This document shows, piece after piece, positions 63,737 to 64,000 of a stretch of DNA of 64,000 nucleotides. The stretch comes from Balanoglossus misakiensis. Its lineage: Eukaryota > Animalia > Hemichordata. The position numbers and the translations under genes are program-made. The notes under the pieces were generated by a model. The model made no database searches. It was given only the letters and a program-made list of their open reading frames with translations, and was not told the origin of the DNA. Positions within the stretch are counted from its first letter, which is position 1, and the number at the start of each line of letters is the position of its first letter. Location: positions 8,720,390 to 8,784,389 of the forward strand of contig CM082580.2 of assembly GCA_040954595.2 (NCBI GenBank), given 5' to 3'.

Positions 63737-64000
63737 GTAAGGTCGGCATGTTGGAAGTACATGTAATATCAATGGTAGAAATTGAAATTTTCTATTTTAA
63801 GATGAACTTCTGGAAATATCAAGATTTTTATTTATGTACAGGGATCACGAATTGCCTTAATAAACACCTGAAACTGACTACCAATGTGTAAAAAGCTGGA
63901 GACAGTCATAAACGACACACACTATCACACACTTGTACAGTATACATGTACACGTTTATGTTTTAATAAAAATGTTTGCTTGGAAATTTGAGTGGATACA

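Noticed and set aside
1-64000. CRISPR array, operon or other prokaryotic system
   Set aside because: The sequence is spliceosomal-intron eukaryotic DNA. No regularly spaced repeat-spacer array or intronless bacterial-like gene cluster was seen.

Overview
Intron-rich, AT-rich genomic DNA from a bilaterian invertebrate. A lophotrochozoan is plausible, but the species cannot be determined from the sequence. Four protein-coding genes can be reconstructed by hand from GT-AG splice sites. (1) The first coding exon of an ADCY5/6-type adenylate cyclase (- strand, 12738-13679; the rest lies left of the window beyond a >12.7 kb intron). (2) A complete TMEM198 gene (- strand, 4 core coding exons, about 344 aa) with a probable first non-coding exon about 22.7 kb upstream. 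(3) A complete 24-exon PAN2 deadenylase gene (+ strand, about 1200 aa), head-to-head with TMEM198. (4) An unrecognised two-exon, about 95-aa single-pass membrane protein (- strand), tail-to-tail with PAN2. Introns carry several MITE-like inverted-repeat elements, a tRNA-derived remnant, palindromes and microsatellites. The most notable observations are a Nab2/ZC3H14-spaced CCCH zinc finger encoded by one exon inside the PAN2 pseudo-UCH domain, a diverged tandem duplicate of the TMEM198 basic-tail exon plus further candidate cassette exons, two CRE palindromes 21 bp apart at the presumed adenylate cyclase promoter, a recent 200-bp duplication copying part of a PAN2 nuclease exon with its splice donor, and three uORFs just ahead of the TMEM198 start. 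Most short ORFs in the supplied track are chance or antisense shadows. No database search was run, and family assignments rest on recalled motifs.
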